This document shows, piece by piece, positions 61,658-64,000 of a stretch of 64,000 nt of DNA. The position numbers and the translations under genes were made by a program. The notes under the pieces were generated by a model that did not search any database, was not told the DNA's origin, and saw nothing but the letters and a program-made list of their open reading frames with translations. Source of the stretch: Trueperaceae bacterium (GTDB taxonomy: Bacteria > Deinococcota > Deinococci > Deinococcales > Trueperaceae); the NCBI GenBank assembly GCA_035703635.1, contig DASSXV010000025.1, positions 31,970 through 95,969 on the forward strand. Direction: 5' to 3'. Every line of letters begins with the position of its first letter. Position 1 is the first letter of the stretch.

Positions 61658-62905
61658 TCAGTGCGCCGAGGCAGGCAGTTCGGCGCGCGGCTCGGCCAGC
61701 TTCCTCAGCACTCGGTACGCGATTAGCGCACCTGGCACGAGCGGCACGAGACTCAACCACATGGCTGCGTTCATGCCGATGGCTTCCTGTAGCGCGCCGA
61801 CGCCGAGGTAAAGCACCCCTGCAGTGCCCCACGTCAGGCCCATCATCATGCCCGACGCGGTGGCGACGGCATGAGGCGCCGCGTCCTGCGCGCTGACGAC
61901 CATGATCGGGAGGCCGCCGTTGACGAGGAGGCCGGCTCCGGCCACGCCAGCGAAGTACAAGACAGTGCCAGGCGCGCTGAGGAGCAAGGTCGCGAGCGGA
62001 ACTAGCGCGAGGAGCATGCTGCCAGTAACGAGCGCTTGGCGGCTGAGGCGACCCTCCAACAGCCCGGCGATGATGCCACCAGCGCCGCCCGAGATGGTGA
62101 ACACGGTGATGGTCCAGAAGACGACTGGGCTCGTGGCGGACAAGCCCTTCGAGTTGACGAGCCACAGTGGCGCGCCGTTTATCACCGCCGTCCACGCAAC
62201 TGAGCGCAGCACGCCGGCCAAGCACAGCAGGCCGACTGGGCCCTTGAAGAGCTCGATGTCGAAGAGCTTCGCACGGCTCACGCGCGCCACGGGCGCCTGC
62301 TCGGGCAGCAGGAGGTAGAGGAGCACGCCGGCCACGACGCCTGGGAGCATGAGGAGCGGCGTGAAACTCAACCAGCCGTTGATGATGAAGAGCCCGACGA
62401 CTAGTGGGCCGAAGGCCATGCCCGTGGTGCCAGCTGCGCTGAAGAGGCCGAGGGCGAGGCCGCCCTTGCTGCCGGCAGCTTGGCGTGCGAGCGTCGTACC
62501 AGCCGGATGGAACGCTGCGGAGCCGAGGCCGCCGAGCAGTAGGAGCGGAATGAGCAGCGCGGCCGTGGGCACCGTGACGATGAGGCTGAGGATGACGGAC
62601 GTCGCCGCGACCCCGACAGCGGCGACTAGCCGCCTGCCAAGGCGATCGGCCACGGCACCGAACAACGGCTGCACGACGGACGAACTGAACGAGAGCGTAG
62701 CGACGAACAACGCCAGCGTCACTTCGCTGACGCCGAACCGCACCTGCAACGTCGGCAGCAGCGCAGCGAGCGTGCCGGAGAAGAAGTCGTTGAAGAAGTG
62801 CGCGACGAAGAGGAGTAGCGTGATGGACGCCGCGCTCAACGCGACCCGGTGGCGGATAGTAGCTTGCACGCGGGCCAGCTTACCGCCACGCTGCTGCCGC
62901 GGCAT
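61658..62905 (-). CDS. MFS transporter (Fsr-like)
   Basis: AHFFND, QPLFG..ADR.GRR and GLGSAAFHP motifs; about 12 hydrophobic segments. Start uncertain. Confidence 0.85.
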   Translation of the reverse strand: MPRQQRGGKLARVQATIRHRVALSAASITLLLFVAHFFNDFFSGTLAALLPTLQVRFGVSEVTLALFVATLSFSSSVVQPLFGAVADRLGRRLVAAVGVAATSVILSLIVTVPTAALLIPLLLLGGLGSAAFHPAGTTLARQAAGSKGGLALGLFSAAGTTGMAFGPLVVGLFIINGWLSFTPLLMLPGVVAGVLLYLLLPEQAPVARVSRAKLFDIELFKGPVGLLCLAGVLRSVAWTAVINGAPLWLVNSKGLSATSPVVFWTITVFTISGGAGGIIAGLLEGRLSRQALVTGSMLLALVPLATLLLSAPGTVLYFAGVAGAGLLVNGGLPIMVVSAQDAAPHAVATASGMMMGLTWGTAGVLYLGVGALQEAIGMNAAMWLSLVPLVPGALIAYRVLRKLAEPRAELPASAH

Positions 62906-62960
62906 GGCGCGCCCGTAGAGTTGCAGGTGAGAGCAGCCAGAGAACGCGAAGGGGTACGAG

Positions 62961-63989
62961 GTGAACTTCCAACAGCGCGTGCTCTACACCGTGAGCGTTG
63001 CCCTCGCTGGCACCGTGCTGGTGCTGCTCGCATGGCAGATAAAGGACGTGCTGCTCATCGCCTTCGCCGGTTTCGTGGTGGCGGTGTTCCTCAACGGCTG
63101 CGCGGAGGCCGTGCGCAGCGTGGCGCGCCTACCCCGTGGCGTAGCGCTCGCCCTTGCGATCCTCCTGCTCGTCGGTCTCGCCGTTAGCGCCAGCCTGCTC
63201 CTGCTGCCGGCCGTGATAGCGCAACTCAACGAGCTCTTCACCGGCCTCCCAAACCTGCTAACGGACGTGCAGGCCACCCTCGATCGCACCACCTGGGGCC
63301 ATGCGCTGCTCGCGAACGTGCCGCAGTCCTCGACGCTCGCCAGCGACATCGGCAACCTGTTGGCTGGCGTGGCAAGCACGCTATCGCTCACGGTGAACAG
63401 CCTAGTCAACGCCGCGTTCATCATCGTGGTCGGCGTGTTCCTGGCGGCCTCGCCAGCGACTTACCGGCGCGGGCTCCTCAGCCTGGTGCCGCGCGAGTAC
63501 GAGCCTCGAGCTAGCGCGCTGCTGAGCGATACCATCGGCACGCTGCAGTCGTGGCTGATCGGCCAAGCGATCGCCATGTCAGCCGTCGGGGTGCTAACGA
63601 CCGTCGGCCTCACGGTCGCGGGCGTGCCATTGGCGTTGGCGCTCGGCATCATCGCTGGCGTGCTAGACCTCATCCCGTTCTTCGGGCCCCTCATGGCAGC
63701 CATACCGGCGTTCCTCATCGGCCTCACGAACGGCATCTGGACGGGCGTGTGGGCGGCAGTGGTGTCGTTGCTCGTTCAACAACTCGAGGGCAACGTCATC
63801 CAACCACTGGTGCAGCGGCGCGCGGTGAAGATCCCGCCCGCGCTGCTCGTGCTGGCGCTCACCGTCATGGGCAAGCTCTTCGGTTTCCTAGGGATCCTCG
63901 TCGCCACGCCGTTCGCGGCGGTGATCGTGCTGCTCGTGAAGCACCTGTACGTGCGCGACGTGCTCGGCAAGGATGTGGCCGAGAGCTGA
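62961..63989 (+). CDS. AI-2E (PerM) family transporter
   Basis: IPFFGP, QQLEGNVIQP and G.LFGFLG...ATP motifs. Confidence 0.88.
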   Translation: MNFQQRVLYTVSVALAGTVLVLLAWQIKDVLLIAFAGFVVAVFLNGCAEAVRSVARLPRGVALALAILLLVGLAVSASLLLLPAVIAQLNELFTGLPNLLTDVQATLDRTTWGHALLANVPQSSTLASDIGNLLAGVASTLSLTVNSLVNAAFIIVVGVFLAASPATYRRGLLSLVPREYEPRASALLSDTIGTLQSWLIGQAIAMSAVGVLTTVGLTVAGVPLALALGIIAGVLDLIPFFGPLMAAIPAFLIGLTNGIWTGVWAAVVSLLVQQLEGNVIQPLVQRRAVKIPPALLVLALTVMGKLFGFLGILVATPFAAVIVLLVKHLYVRDVLGKDVAES

Positions 63990-64000
63990 GCTGACGGGCG

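Overview
High-GC chromosomal segment made up mostly of housekeeping genes, most consistent with a Deinococcota genome. That assignment is inferred from LysJ-type aminotransferase motifs, BshC, type-2 IleRS and several apparently leaderless starts. Contents: an oligopeptide ABC operon, tRNA-Leu/secG, purQ-purL-purF, bshC, guaB, lysJ, ruvC, two tandem glnA genes, a branched-chain-type ABC system, aspartate kinase, acyl-CoA dehydrogenases with ETF, gap-pgk, T-box-controlled ileS, rho, Rrf2/cysteine desulfurase, tig-clpP-clpX and three tRNAs in total. I found no mobile element, integrase or CRISPR array. Two loci stand out. The first is a translationally coupled gene pair at 22384-24587: a lipoprotein with Ig-like and cohesin-like domains, and a secreted dockerin-bearing protein whose metalloprotease-like domain has lost its zinc ligands. 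This is a candidate non-cellulosomal cohesin-dockerin surface system. The second is a split RLAN/ATP-grasp ligase plus GNAT-C39 peptidase module at 44751-47369, whose halves sit at the ends of two convergent central-metabolism operons. Smaller points are a GVHH variant of the IleRS HIGH motif, an internal in-frame aspartokinase beta start, an unlisted 56-aa membrane ORF, a Rho with an AT-hook/RGG extension and a His-tailed trigger factor. All family assignments come from motif recognition by eye, not database searches.
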